This document shows, piece by piece, positions 1 through 10,233 of a DNA stretch of 64,000 nucleotides (its first letter is position 1; every line of letters begins with the position of its first letter). A program made the translations under genes and the position numbers. Location: NCBI GenBank assembly GCA_963794945.1, contig CAWCFT010000011.1, positions 64,001 to 128,000 of the forward strand, read 5' to 3'. This DNA is from Endomicrobiales bacterium. Its GTDB lineage: Bacteria > Elusimicrobiota > Endomicrobiia > Endomicrobiales > CAWCFT01. Below the pieces are notes generated by a model, which saw only the letters and a list, made by a program, of their open reading frames with translations, was not told the DNA's origin and made no database searches.

Positions 1-1
1 A

Positions 2-406
2 CTATTTACCTGCTGAATCAAGTGCCTGGTTCGCCAACTTGTCGGCTAGCTTATTTTGCTCACGAGGAACGTACTTGAACTCAACTTTCTCAAAATCCGA
101 CAGCAGTGCTTTGGCCTGCCCAAACAATACTGCGAGATTTTCATCCCGCACACGCCACTGCCCATTCATTTGATGGACAACCAGATCGGAATCAAGACGA
201 AAGCTTATGCTGCACGGGACATACTTCTTAGCCACTTTAAGTCCGGCGATAAGCGCCTTGTATTCGGCTGTGTTATTAGTTGTATCACCGATACATTCTT
301 TATATTCTTCAATAACAGTTTTTTCTTCGTTAAAGACCACTACTCCGATAGCCGCCGGGCCCGGGTTTCCCCTAGCCGCACCATCGGTAAATATCTCAAG
401 TTTCAT
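2..406 (-). CDS. rnhA: Ribonuclease HI family protein
   Basis: Motifs FTDGAARGNPG, TNNTAEY, DSDLVV, VPREQNKLADKLAN. Confidence 0.93.
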   Translation of the reverse strand: MKLEIFTDGAARGNPGPAAIGVVVFNEEKTVIEEYKECIGDTTNNTAEYKALIAGLKVAKKYVPCSISFRLDSDLVVHQMNGQWRVRDENLAVLFGQAKALLSDFEKVEFKYVPREQNKLADKLANQALDSAGK

Positions 407-1110
407 TTTTTAAATAGTATCCTTGAACAGCTGTCGCACATGACAAGGTCTTTATGCTTGCACACGTCGTTTATTATGGCAGGCCTAAGGGTCATGTGGC
501 ACCCTCCGCAGTTCTCGCCTTCCACAGGGACAACAGCTACTCCCTGCCTGCTCTCCCTGATATAATCATACTTGCTTAGTAGATCTATAGGCAGCTGGCC
601 TGCGAATTCATTGCGCTGCGCCTCGAACACTGCGAGTTCGCCTTCGATCTTCTTCTGTTCTTCCTGCAGTGAAACTATTTTTGAAGCGGATTCAGCTTCC
701 TTAGACTTCAACACCTTTTCATTCTCTTTAATAACCAGCCCTTCTTTTTCGATAGCTTCCATAACATCGAGTATCTGGTTTTCAAGGGCGTTCTTTTCTT
801 TCTTATCGTTATCGATCTCTGTAAGCAGCGCCCTGTAAGAATCATTAGATTTTATGGCGTTGAGCTCGGATGAATGTTTTCTTATAAGCTGTTCTTTGCT
901 GTCAAGTTCCAGTTCTTTCTCTTTCTTTGCCATTTGTAATTTAACAAGATTTTTCTTTTTTTCTTCCGTCTCCAGCTTGATGTTAGCGATGAAAGCTCTT
1001 TCTTCTTCGATCTTCACGGGGATATCCTGTGCCTTGGCACGCATTGCGTCAAGCGCGACATCTTTTTCCTGAAGCCCGATCAGAAGCGTTATTCTCTCTT
1101 TGATTTCCAT
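403..1110 (-). CDS. Coiled-coil protein with C-terminal C4-type zinc ribbon (DUF164-like)
   Basis: Long coiled coil, then CGGC...CDSCSRIL; commonly adjacent to RNase H. Confidence 0.88.
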   Translation of the reverse strand: MEIKERITLLIGLQEKDVALDAMRAKAQDIPVKIEEERAFIANIKLETEEKKKNLVKLQMAKKEKELELDSKEQLIRKHSSELNAIKSNDSYRALLTEIDNDKKEKNALENQILDVMEAIEKEGLVIKENEKVLKSKEAESASKIVSLQEEQKKIEGELAVFEAQRNEFAGQLPIDLLSKYDYIRESRQGVAVVPVEGENCGGCHMTLRPAIINDVCKHKDLVMCDSCSRILFKK

Positions 1111-1125
1111 GTTTCTCCGCCGTTC

Positions 1126-1200
1126 TGGTGGGTAGTACAGGATTTGAACCTGTGACCACTCGCGTGTGAGGCGAGTGCTCTTCCGCTGAGCTAACTACCC
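1126..1200 (-). tRNA. tRNA-Val(CAC)
   Basis: Reverse complement GGGTAGTTAGCTCAGCGGAAGAGCACTCGCCT-CAC-ACGCGAGTGGTCACAGGTTCAAATCCTGTACTACCCACCA; cloverleaf with encoded CCA. Confidence 0.95.
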
Positions 1201-1217
1201 TCGATTATTTGATGATG

Positions 1218-1246
1218 ATTATACCATGTTTTGACATGACGGTCAA
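1218..1246 (-). promoter_or_regulatory. sigma70-like promoter for tRNA-Val
   Basis: TTGACC-17 bp-TATAAT on the minus strand just upstream of the tRNA. Confidence 0.7.
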
Positions 1247-1270
1247 TATATGAAAAACCGTGCGAGGCCA

Positions 1271-2260
1271 CTATCTTTTGCACAAGAAATGCCAATATGG
1301 TATATTTTCTGAAACTAATACATCAGAGAAATATTCTTTAAGTGCAAGTATCTGCTTGCGTGTCACACGCTGTTCTATCCTTGTAAAGAACCTGTCGTAA
1401 ACGTCCTGTTCGATCCTTCCCGGAGTTTTATCTTTATAAAAATCGTACAACGGCACAACGCGCGAAAGGCCAACAGGCCTTAACATTTTGCCTATCAGAA
1501 CAAGCGGCATATAGATCATGTAGGTCCCGGCAAGAGAAAATATCTTTCGGAATAGCTTATTTTGAACTCGGCACAATATTGAACGTATGATCGTCACAAG
1601 CTTTAGTATTAGCCTAAAATGCAGAGGCCTGTTATCAAGCGCATAGTACAGGAATACAAGCAGCTCCTGGGCAAATTTACCCAGATGCTTGACTTCTTCA
1701 AGGCACGGTGTTGGAAGGTGGTGAAGCACCCCGAGAGAGAAAAGAAAATCCGCAAAATCAGCCCTGAAAGGAAGTTTCTTCAGGTCGCACATGAAAAATA
1801 TACAATTGTCTTTTCCCTTCAGATTCTCCCTCGCCACAAAGATAGAATCGGAAAAATCAACAAGTACAATTTCTCCTGCGAATCCCGAAAGAAAATAGCT
1901 CCATCGGCCCATGCCGCAACCGATATCCGCGCATCTTTTACCTATAAGAGTTTCCGGAGGAGTAAGGTCAAAATACTGGTGGAATTCTTTTTCATGTTCG
2001 GGAAGCAGGCGCGAGTAACTTTTCCACTCTTCTCCGAATGTAGATTGTATGTCCCGGGCAATGTTTGAACTTCCCCCGCTTTCTGCTGACAAAAGCCTGT
2101 GTTTGACTAAATCGGTGTACTCTGAAGGTTCACACAACACAATCACATCGTCCAGAACCGGATATCGCCTTCCACAGGAAAAAAAGAAGCCGTCCTTGAA
2201 GGCGGCTTTTTTATCTGCAAAAATATCCCTTAGTGTTTCCAGTTTATTATCGTAATACAT
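1271..2260 (-). CDS. Class I SAM-dependent methyltransferase
   Basis: ADIGCGMGRW motif I, VDFS, FSLGVLHHLP. Confidence 0.85.
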   Translation of the reverse strand: MYYDNKLETLRDIFADKKAAFKDGFFFSCGRRYPVLDDVIVLCEPSEYTDLVKHRLLSAESGGSSNIARDIQSTFGEEWKSYSRLLPEHEKEFHQYFDLTPPETLIGKRCADIGCGMGRWSYFLSGFAGEIVLVDFSDSIFVARENLKGKDNCIFFMCDLKKLPFRADFADFLFSLGVLHHLPTPCLEEVKHLGKFAQELLVFLYYALDNRPLHFRLILKLVTIIRSILCRVQNKLFRKIFSLAGTYMIYMPLVLIGKMLRPVGLSRVVPLYDFYKDKTPGRIEQDVYDRFFTRIEQRVTRKQILALKEYFSDVLVSENIPYWHFLCKR

Positions 2261-2267
2261 TGCCGTA

Positions 2268-5200
2268 TTATACCATTTTGTCGCCTTTACAGTCTATCGT
2301 CCTATCTTTAGGCCTGTGAAATATTCTTCTCATCCATAAGCGGAATATATCAACATAACCATAGACAGCCGGTACAACGACTAGCGTGAGAACCGTTGAA
2401 CTGACAAGCCCGCCGATAATTGCTACTCCCATGCTCTGCCTGGATTTACCTACTTCAGTAAGCCCCATCGCCAGAGGCATCATGCCAGCGATAAGTGCGA
2501 ACGTGGTCATAAGTATGGGGCGCAGCCTTGTAATCCCAGCTTTTATAAGCGCCTCTTCCTGCGTTATGCCGGTACACTCAAGTTTCTGTGTCAGGTCAAC
2601 TAGCAATATGGAATTTTTTGTCGTAAGGCCCAGAAGCATTATGAAACCTATCATCGTGAACAACGATATAGTCTGGCCACCGATATAGAGCGCGACAAGC
2701 CCTCCTACTATGGCAAGCGGAAGGGCGACCATAATTGTAAACGGCACAAGTATTGACTCATAAAGGCTCGCAAGAACCAGGTAAATGAATATCACCGAAA
2801 GCCCAGCTGCTATCATCATGTTCGTCATAAGGTCTTGAAAGTCTTCTGAAGACCCATGAAATTCATAAGTTATTCCTTCTGGAAATTTTTCCTTCATAAG
2901 TATCTTTTTTGCGTCAGCCGTAATATTTCCTATGGCGCCGTTCTTGTCAAGATTGCCGGTTATCGCAACGTACCTGCTCCTGTCCCGCCTGAATATTTTT
3001 GACGGGCCTGTGGTGACAAGCGATTCCGCGACATTTTTAACCCTTATAAGCTGGTTATTTACGTTCGGAACGTAAAGCTCGTTGAAATCCTTTTCTAAAT
3101 CTCTCTGCGGCTCGTCAAGCCGGACACGTATATCATATTCCTGATTCTCTTCGCGGTATTTCGCCGGTGTATTGCCCTCAACCATTCCCCTCAGTTCCAT
3201 GCCTGCAAGAATGGACAACACTCCAAGCTTTTGCAGTTTTTTAGGGTCCATTTGCACCTGGAACTCGGGCTTGCCGGGCCTGTAGTTTGTTTGAATGTCC
3301 ACTAGCCCGCGTATCACACTCAGCTTGGGCACAATGCTGTTGGCTACGGCCGAAACTTTTTCGGTATCATCGCCTTTTATCAGCAAGAAAAACGGTGACT
3401 CATTTGCCCCGGACATCGTTATATCGCCTATCTGCGGCAATAAAATGTCTTTGTAAGGCATGAGCATCTTTCTGACATATTCCTTCATATCACTGGTTGA
3501 CCTTGAACGCTTGGACGTATCGACCATCCTGACGAACAGCGAAGCCGTATTACTTTCGCCGTTTGAGTTCCCAACGGTGACAAGTACCGTTTCTATATCT
3601 TTTTCTTTACGTATCATCGAATCGGCCATTTTTGCGTAATAGGTCATTTTATCTAGCGACGTACCGGGTGCGGCCTCAAGATAAACCATAAACTCGCCCC
3701 ACTCGTTATTGGGCATGAACGTGACGGGAATGCCTTTCGTCAAAGTAAGCGAACCGAAAAATATTAAAAGCGCCGCAAAAAGAACTCCAAGCTTGTGCCT
3801 CAGGGTAAAATGCATTACCCTTTCGTAAAATACTGTCAGCCAATCCTGGAATTTTCCAAACATAGCCGCCGGAGCATGAATTACCGCGCCCAGGCCCGTA
3901 TAATCCGAGTCTTTCTTTATCTTGCCTATCAGGTAAGCTGAAAGCATCGGCGCTGTGGTTAACGCATCAAAAAGCGAAATGCTCATCGCAAATACTACGG
4001 TCAACCCGAAAGATTTGAAGAACTGCCCAATAATTCCCTGAAGGAATGCGACAGGCAAAAATACCGAGATAACGGCCAGCGTTCGTGGCTATTACCGCCA
4101 GGCGCACCTCATCAGTGCCGTTCTGGGCGGCAGCCATGGCCGTCTCGCCGTTTTCAATGTGCCTGAAGATATTCTCACGCACAACTATGGCGTCGTCTAT
4201 CAAAAGCCCCACTACAAGCGAAAGTGCCATAAGCGTTAGCATATTTATGCTGAAACCGGCCATCGCCATGAAAATAAACGCGCCTATAAGGCTGTTGGGC
4301 AGCGCCACGGCCGTGATGAAGGTCGAACGGAAGTTGCCGAGGAACAAATAGACAACCAGCACCGCAAGCAGTATACCCTCAAAAATCGTATTTCTTACGT
4401 CTTCTATGTTCATCCTTATGGGCCTTGCGCCATCGCGAACCATAACCAGCTTTGGAGAGCCCTTCATGTCTTTCATTGTTTTGTTAAGCGCGGTAACACG
4501 CTTGATAACCGCGTCCGAAACTTCAACGGTGTTCGATTTTGACTGCTTATAAACGTTTATAACGAGAGCCGGAGTACCGTTCAAAAAGCCGCGCGACTGT
4601 TCATCTTCGCTGCCGTCGGTCACTTTGCCCACCTGGTCTATGGTCACGGGCACGTCGCTTCCAAAAAAGTTTACCACCACGTCCTTTATCTGTTTTATTG
4701 AGTGGTACTCGCCTATGCTCCTGAACGACAGCTCCTTGGAACCCGTCGAGACCTTGCCTATAGGTATGTTCTGGCTCGACTGGGCTATGCGGTTGGAAAC
4801 CATGGTAAGGCTGGTCTCGTAATCTTTAAGTTTACGTTGGTCAAGGTCAACATGTATCTCGCGTTTGGTGCCGCCGACTATCTCAACTTCTCCTACGTCC
4901 GCCGCTTGCTCAAGCTTGTTCCTGACAGTTATATCAGCCAGGTCGTAAAGTTCAGTAGGGCTCATTTTCCCTGTAAGAGAAAGTATCATGACGGCCTGAT
5001 CTGAGGGATCGAACTTCTTTATTACAGGCTCCTTAATATCAGTGGGAAGGTCATTGCGTATCGCGGCGACTTTATCCCTCACCTGCTGTTCGGCATATTT
5101 GGGGTCAGTTTCAAGAGTAAACTCTCCGAGGACAATTGAAACGCCGTCCTGGCTGGTAGAATCCACGTATTTCAAGCCCGCTATTGAGCTTATCTCTGTT

Positions 5201-5403
5201 TCAATTTTTTTTGTTATGAGTGTTTCTATTTCTTTTGGGCCGGCACCAGGATAAGCAGTGGTCACGGAAATAAACGGAAAGTTTACGTCCGGGAACATGT
5301 CTACCGGCAGCCTTTGCATCATTATAAAACCGACCACAAGCATTGCCACTATTATGGCAGTGATGAACGTCGGCCTTCGGATAGCTATTTTTGCTAGATT
5401 CAT
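2268..5403 (-). CDS. RND efflux permease (AcrB/AcrD/AcrF family); one frameshift near 4080
   Basis: ORFs 3967-5403 and 2268-4058 are the N- and C-parts; GLLIDDAIVVRENI, KNSILLVD, TRLRPILMTT. Confidence 0.92.
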
Positions 5404-5416
5404 TCAAATCTCCAAA

Positions 5417-6872
5417 TTATTTATTTACTATAGGTTTTGTATTGTACAATTCAGCTTGGGCAAGGGTCATTATCTCTTCAAATACTGTGCGGTAAACGCT
5501 CAGCATAGCATCGTCCAGGTCATTTTCGGCGCTTAGCAAAAGAAAGGTCGTAGTCCTACCTTTTTCGAACTTCTTCTGCTCGGACTTAACGCGGTCATCC
5601 TGTATCCTCATTATGTCCTTGGAAAGCTCAAGCCTTGACTTCACATTAGACCACGTGGTTCGGAGCTGGTCCCAATCGTTCTGCGCAGAAGTAATTGCGG
5701 ATCTGAATGACTCCTTTGATGAAGCAAAATCGTTATTATAGCCTTTTTTAACCTTTGTAAGAGTTTTGTAATCTAGCGGGACTATAAACGATAATCCGAG
5801 CGTATAAGTTGGTTTATCTTGGGAAGTCAGCTGGCTCCACGCGTTCTGAATACGCCAAGCCCAACCCATTAAGCGCGTAGGAAGCATTAAAACTCAGTTC
5901 CGGCATGGCGCGGTATTTTGTTTCTTTGTCAGCGAATTCGCTCGAGCGGTAAGTGGATTCCGCGGCCAGCACATCGGCGCGTTTTCCATTACAGACAAGC
6001 TTATCTATCTGAGAAAAAGCCGTCACTTTATCCGAAATCTTTTCGAGGTCTTCACTTACAGTGTCGCTTTTTAACCCGAGCATCTGGTTAAATGTTCTCG
6101 AGGCTTTTACCTCGTCTTCCTGCGCTAGCTGTAGGTTGAGCTGGCGAAGCCTGAATGCTGCCTGCGATTCTAGGAGGTCGCTTTGTTCTATAAGATCAAG
6201 TTTTATCTTATTCTCATTCCATTTAAGCAGTTTGTCCGCCCTGTCCAGCGATGCTTTGCGAAAATCCCTAACCTCACGGTCCAGAGCGAGGTTCCAGTAA
6301 GCGCCACGGGCTGAAAGCAGCAACTGCTGTTTCCTATACAACAGCATATATTGCCCAGCAAGCACGGACGACTTCGCCTTGTCTATCCCGGCCTGCGTGA
6401 GGCCAGCGTTAAAGTCCCGTAATAACGACTGATTGAGACTTAATGTTGGTGTGAGCTGATAGCCCGAAAAACTTGAATAATTCGTTCCAAGGTAATTGAA
6501 CGGCGACAGCAGGCTGAAATCCGCGCCCATATACGTATAGCCTAGGCTTACGTTAGTACCCGTCCTGAATTTTTCGGAAGCGTTGAGTGACAATTCATTG
6601 GCCTTTAACTCATCAGTTGCGAGGTACGAGCCAAAGCCGGGCCCGGACCTGTCGTCAACCCTGGTATAACTTCCTGACACAAAAGGAGAATAAACCATAT
6701 CCGCCTCAAGCACTTTCTGCCAAGCAGCTTCGATGGAGAGGTTTACGGCTATGATATCAGGATTTTCTGATTCTACACGCTGGAGATAGTTATCAAGCGT
6801 TACTATGTCGGCATGTGATACAGCAGGCGAAACTACAATAGCACAAACAAGCATGAGCAATATTTTCTTCAT
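5417..6872 (-). CDS. TolC-family outer membrane efflux protein; frameshift near 5845
   Basis: Signal peptide, helical OEP repeats, KKFEKGRTTTF motif; directly upstream of the RND gene. Confidence 0.82.
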
Positions 6873-6900
6873 TAGTGTTTATATCCTTTACTGTAAGTTC

Positions 6901-7491
6901 TTATCTCGCAAGGCCGTTCATTAATATCTTCAGCACTAGTTCTGTATCAGCTGACTCATCATCACATTCATCATTAAACGCTTTATGGGCAAATATCGAT
7001 GTAACCGACAGTATAATTGATGCGACAACCTTAGAAGGATAGTTCTTAAATTCCTTATCTTTTATCCCTTTATCAATTATACGGCTCATCGATTCAGTGA
7101 TCTTATGAAACCGCGCCTGCATCTCCGCGTGGACTTTACCCTTAGGAGCCTGGGACTCCTCGCGGATCGATAGAAAAAGATGCTTGTTCTCTTTTAAGAA
7201 CTTACTCATCTGTTCAAGCAGTATAGAAAGTTGTTTTGAGGCATGGATATCAAGCTTATGGACATCGTCAATAACAGCTATAAACCTGTCTATCAGGCTG
7301 AAAACTACCGAACTATAGAGCTCATCCTTGTTTTTAAAATATAAATATATCGTGCCTTTGGCAATACCGGCATACTTCGCTATCTCGTTTACCGGGCATT
7401 TATAATAGACCTTTTTGTTCAGCACTTTAACTGCGCAGTCGAGTATCTCGCGTTTCCTGATCTGCGGGTCCCAATTCTTAGATTTGGACAT
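6901..7491 (-). CDS. TetR/AcrR family regulator
   Basis: HTH EIAKYAGIAKGTIYLYFKNKDEL; start moved to ATG 7491 because the promoter lies at 7541-7569. Confidence 0.92.
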   Translation of the reverse strand: MSKSKNWDPQIRKREILDCAVKVLNKKVYYKCPVNEIAKYAGIAKGTIYLYFKNKDELYSSVVFSLIDRFIAVIDDVHKLDIHASKQLSILLEQMSKFLKENKHLFLSIREESQAPKGKVHAEMQARFHKITESMSRIIDKGIKDKEFKNYPSKVVASIILSVTSIFAHKAFNDECDDESADTELVLKILMNGLAR

Positions 7492-7521
7492 TGAAATAAC
7501 CTCTCTATTGACAACACAGTA

Positions 7522-7569
7522 AATGACTGACTGGTTAGTCATTATACATTCGTACACAACTTTTGTCAA
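7522..7569 (-). promoter_or_regulatory. Consensus sigma70 promoter with overlapping TetR-type operator palindrome
   Basis: TTGACA(7569-7564)-17 bp-TATAAT(7546-7541); near-palindrome AATGACTGACTGGTTAGTCATT at 7522-7543. Confidence 0.8.
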
Positions 7570-7702
7570 GCACTACTAACAAATATATGATATTATAATT
7601 TGAAAATGAATATAAGTACGTTCAGGGCATATAGCGATTAAGTGAATATTGTTCGCTGGTCTACTGCATACCTTAAGAACTGATAATAGGTTTTAATAAA
7701 TC

Positions 7703-7741
7703 AAAAAGGCTTCCTGCTGTTCGAAGCAGGAAGCCTTTTCT
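7703..7741. terminator. Intrinsic terminator downstream of the TonB-dependent receptor (likely bidirectional)
   Basis: AAAAAGGCTTCCTGCT-gttcga-AGCAGGAAGCCTTTT. Confidence 0.85.
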
Positions 7742-7771
7742 TATTACCTTACTACTTGTTCTGAAGTTATT

Positions 7772-10004
7772 TTACATACCGAACTTATAGCTGAGCTTTG
7801 CACCCATTGAGAAGCCTTCGGCATAATAGTATCCGCCAGCATCCACCAAAGGAACTTCCGCTTTTTCGTTATCCAGCAAGTTATTGACGAACACAGATGC
7901 GGTTAACGCTTTGTTCCCTAAAAGATTCTTGAAGAGAACATTGACGTCTACAAAGCCCGCGAACGGAATCGACTCATAGACTGAATTCGTTGCGGTGGTA
8001 CCCGCTGTCTTGAGCATGTATCCATTGCCAAAACCATTCACATGAACATTTAGGACAATGTCTTTACTGCAGTTAATATCAGTGCCAACGTTGAACGTTG
8101 TGTAGGGGAAAGCACAGACGTTCTTGCTGTTATCATACAATGCGCCGCCCTGCAGTGTTGTTGTATAGTTACCGATATTCCACACAAAACTATCAACCTG
8201 CGCGCTGAAGATCTGCGAAACGTTTCCGTAAACGTCAACTTTATCGCTGAATTTCTTCTTCGCGTCAATCTCTACGCCGATACTCGTAATGTCGTTAGCG
8301 TTAACTGTCGAAAGCCTGTCTACCATGCCTGGGGTGACTGCACCCAGTGGCGTAAAAGCGCCGCTGTAATTGAAATAGTGCTTCATTATTGTTTCATAGA
8401 AATCTATACTGCCACTGAATGTTTTTGTATTGTACATGTAATCCAAGTCATGCGTATATACCTCTTCGGCTTGATCTGCGCCGATCTGGTCATAATTACC
8501 ACCGTTGGGCAATGGAGTACCATTTCCCTGGCTGGGATCGAGATATTTTGTAGGCGTTTGACCAAAGTAACCCACGCCTGCTTCAGGGCGGACATAGCCG
8601 GTGTTATAGCAGTATTTGAGGGTTGAACTCTTGTCAAAATTATAGATTCCTGCAACTCTGGGCAGGTACGCCGTCTTGTTCTCAAGCAGGTTATCATTAT
8701 CCGCGCGGAGGCCGAGTATAATATCCAGCTTGTCGGTAGCTTTCCAATCGTTTTCAATGAATGCAGCGAAATCCTTGTCATAATCGTTAGGAAGAGCTAT
8801 AAGCGCTAAATTTCCGTTATTGGTAAGGCTCGTTGGAAGCGAGGCGAAATTAAGGCCGTTATACGTAATTATCGGGTCAATGTTGGTCATGACGCCGCGT
8901 AAGCCGTATTTCAGCGTGTCTACATCTTTAAACTTCTGAGTGAACAGCATGTCAAGCCCAATTTTCTGTTCTTTTGACAAGCTTTCTTCATCCATGCCTG
9001 TCATTCCGGGAGAGGAAATGAGGTTGAACATATGGTCATCAGTCACAAGGTAATCGGTGAAGAACTTTGTCGTTAAAGAAATACTATCGCTGATCTTTGA
9101 GTCTTGCGCCACTTCAACATATGTCGTTTCTCTTCTCTGAAAATACTGGGTGTTCGGGTCGGTATTTCTTTGCCAGAGGTCTGTGCTGAGCACATCAGAC
9201 GCGTGGGCGGATATGGTTAAATCATCCATTTTGATCTTGGTATGGAACTCGTAGCTGTTCGGCATTTCGTCGAGAGGAGCAACATGGTCGGCCGGAGGAT
9301 TTCCGCTCTCTGCCCAAGTATAGCCATTTGGATAGATCGCAGTGCCTTTACCGTTAGGAAAACCGTTTTCCTGTGAAACGGTGAAGGAAACCATAGCGCT
9401 TTTGTTCTCGCCGTAACTTTTGCCGTACAATATATTGCCGGTATGCTGGCCGTCATTAGAAGAGGCATCAACGCTTACCTGCAGTCCATTGACATCAGAG
9501 CCGTCTTTGGTAATTATGTTGATGGTAGCAGCTTGCCGCGTCAGTTCCCCAAAGGGTTGAACCAGGGCCTCTGACTATTTCCACCTGTTTCACTTTGTCA
9601 AGAGACGGAAGATACCAATAATTGGAAGGGCCATCCATCGCTATACTGTTTATGCTGTGGCCGTCTATTAAGAATAGGAACGAATTATTAGAATCACCTA
9701 GCAAGCCGTGTGAACCCATAACGGGTTCAGAGTACTGGCGTGTAACAAAAAAACCGGACGTTCTTTCGAACAGTTCCCTAAGTGTCCTGACTCCCATTTT
9801 TTGTATGTCTTCAGCGGTCCAAACTGTGACCACTGACGGAGCTTGTGTAACAGATTCTTCGGATTTACTTGCGGTAACAACTGAGGGGATTTCCATGAAC
9901 AGAAGTGATTCTTCATTTCCGGCAGATTCTACAGCGAACAAACTTGCACTGGCGATCCCGGATATCATTAATCCGGACATAAGCACAGCAAATATTTTTT
10001 TCAT
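7772..10004 (-). CDS. TonB-dependent receptor; frameshift near 9530
   Basis: Plug motifs VVTASKSEE, QVEIVRGPGSTLWG, continuing as TINIITK in the other frame; barrel ends LSYKFGM. Confidence 0.88.
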
Positions 10005-10233
10005 TACCCAGCCTCCTTTAAATTTCTTGGCAAAAACCACAAACACTACTTGCGCTCATGTTCGTTTTGCGTCTACCACCTCCTATTTTAGAAATTATTG
10101 ACTTAAGGATAGAGCGAGTTCAGCAATTTAAATACCAACTAAGCTAATTTAATGATAAATAATATGCAAATGTAAGTTGATTATATAAATATATTCCAAC
10201 TATGTCAAGCCTGATAAAATATTTTTCTGCAAA

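Noticed and set aside
10005..10233. Cobalamin or other riboswitch upstream of the TonB-dependent receptor
   Set aside because: No B12-box or other conserved aptamer motif seen; the region is AT-rich.
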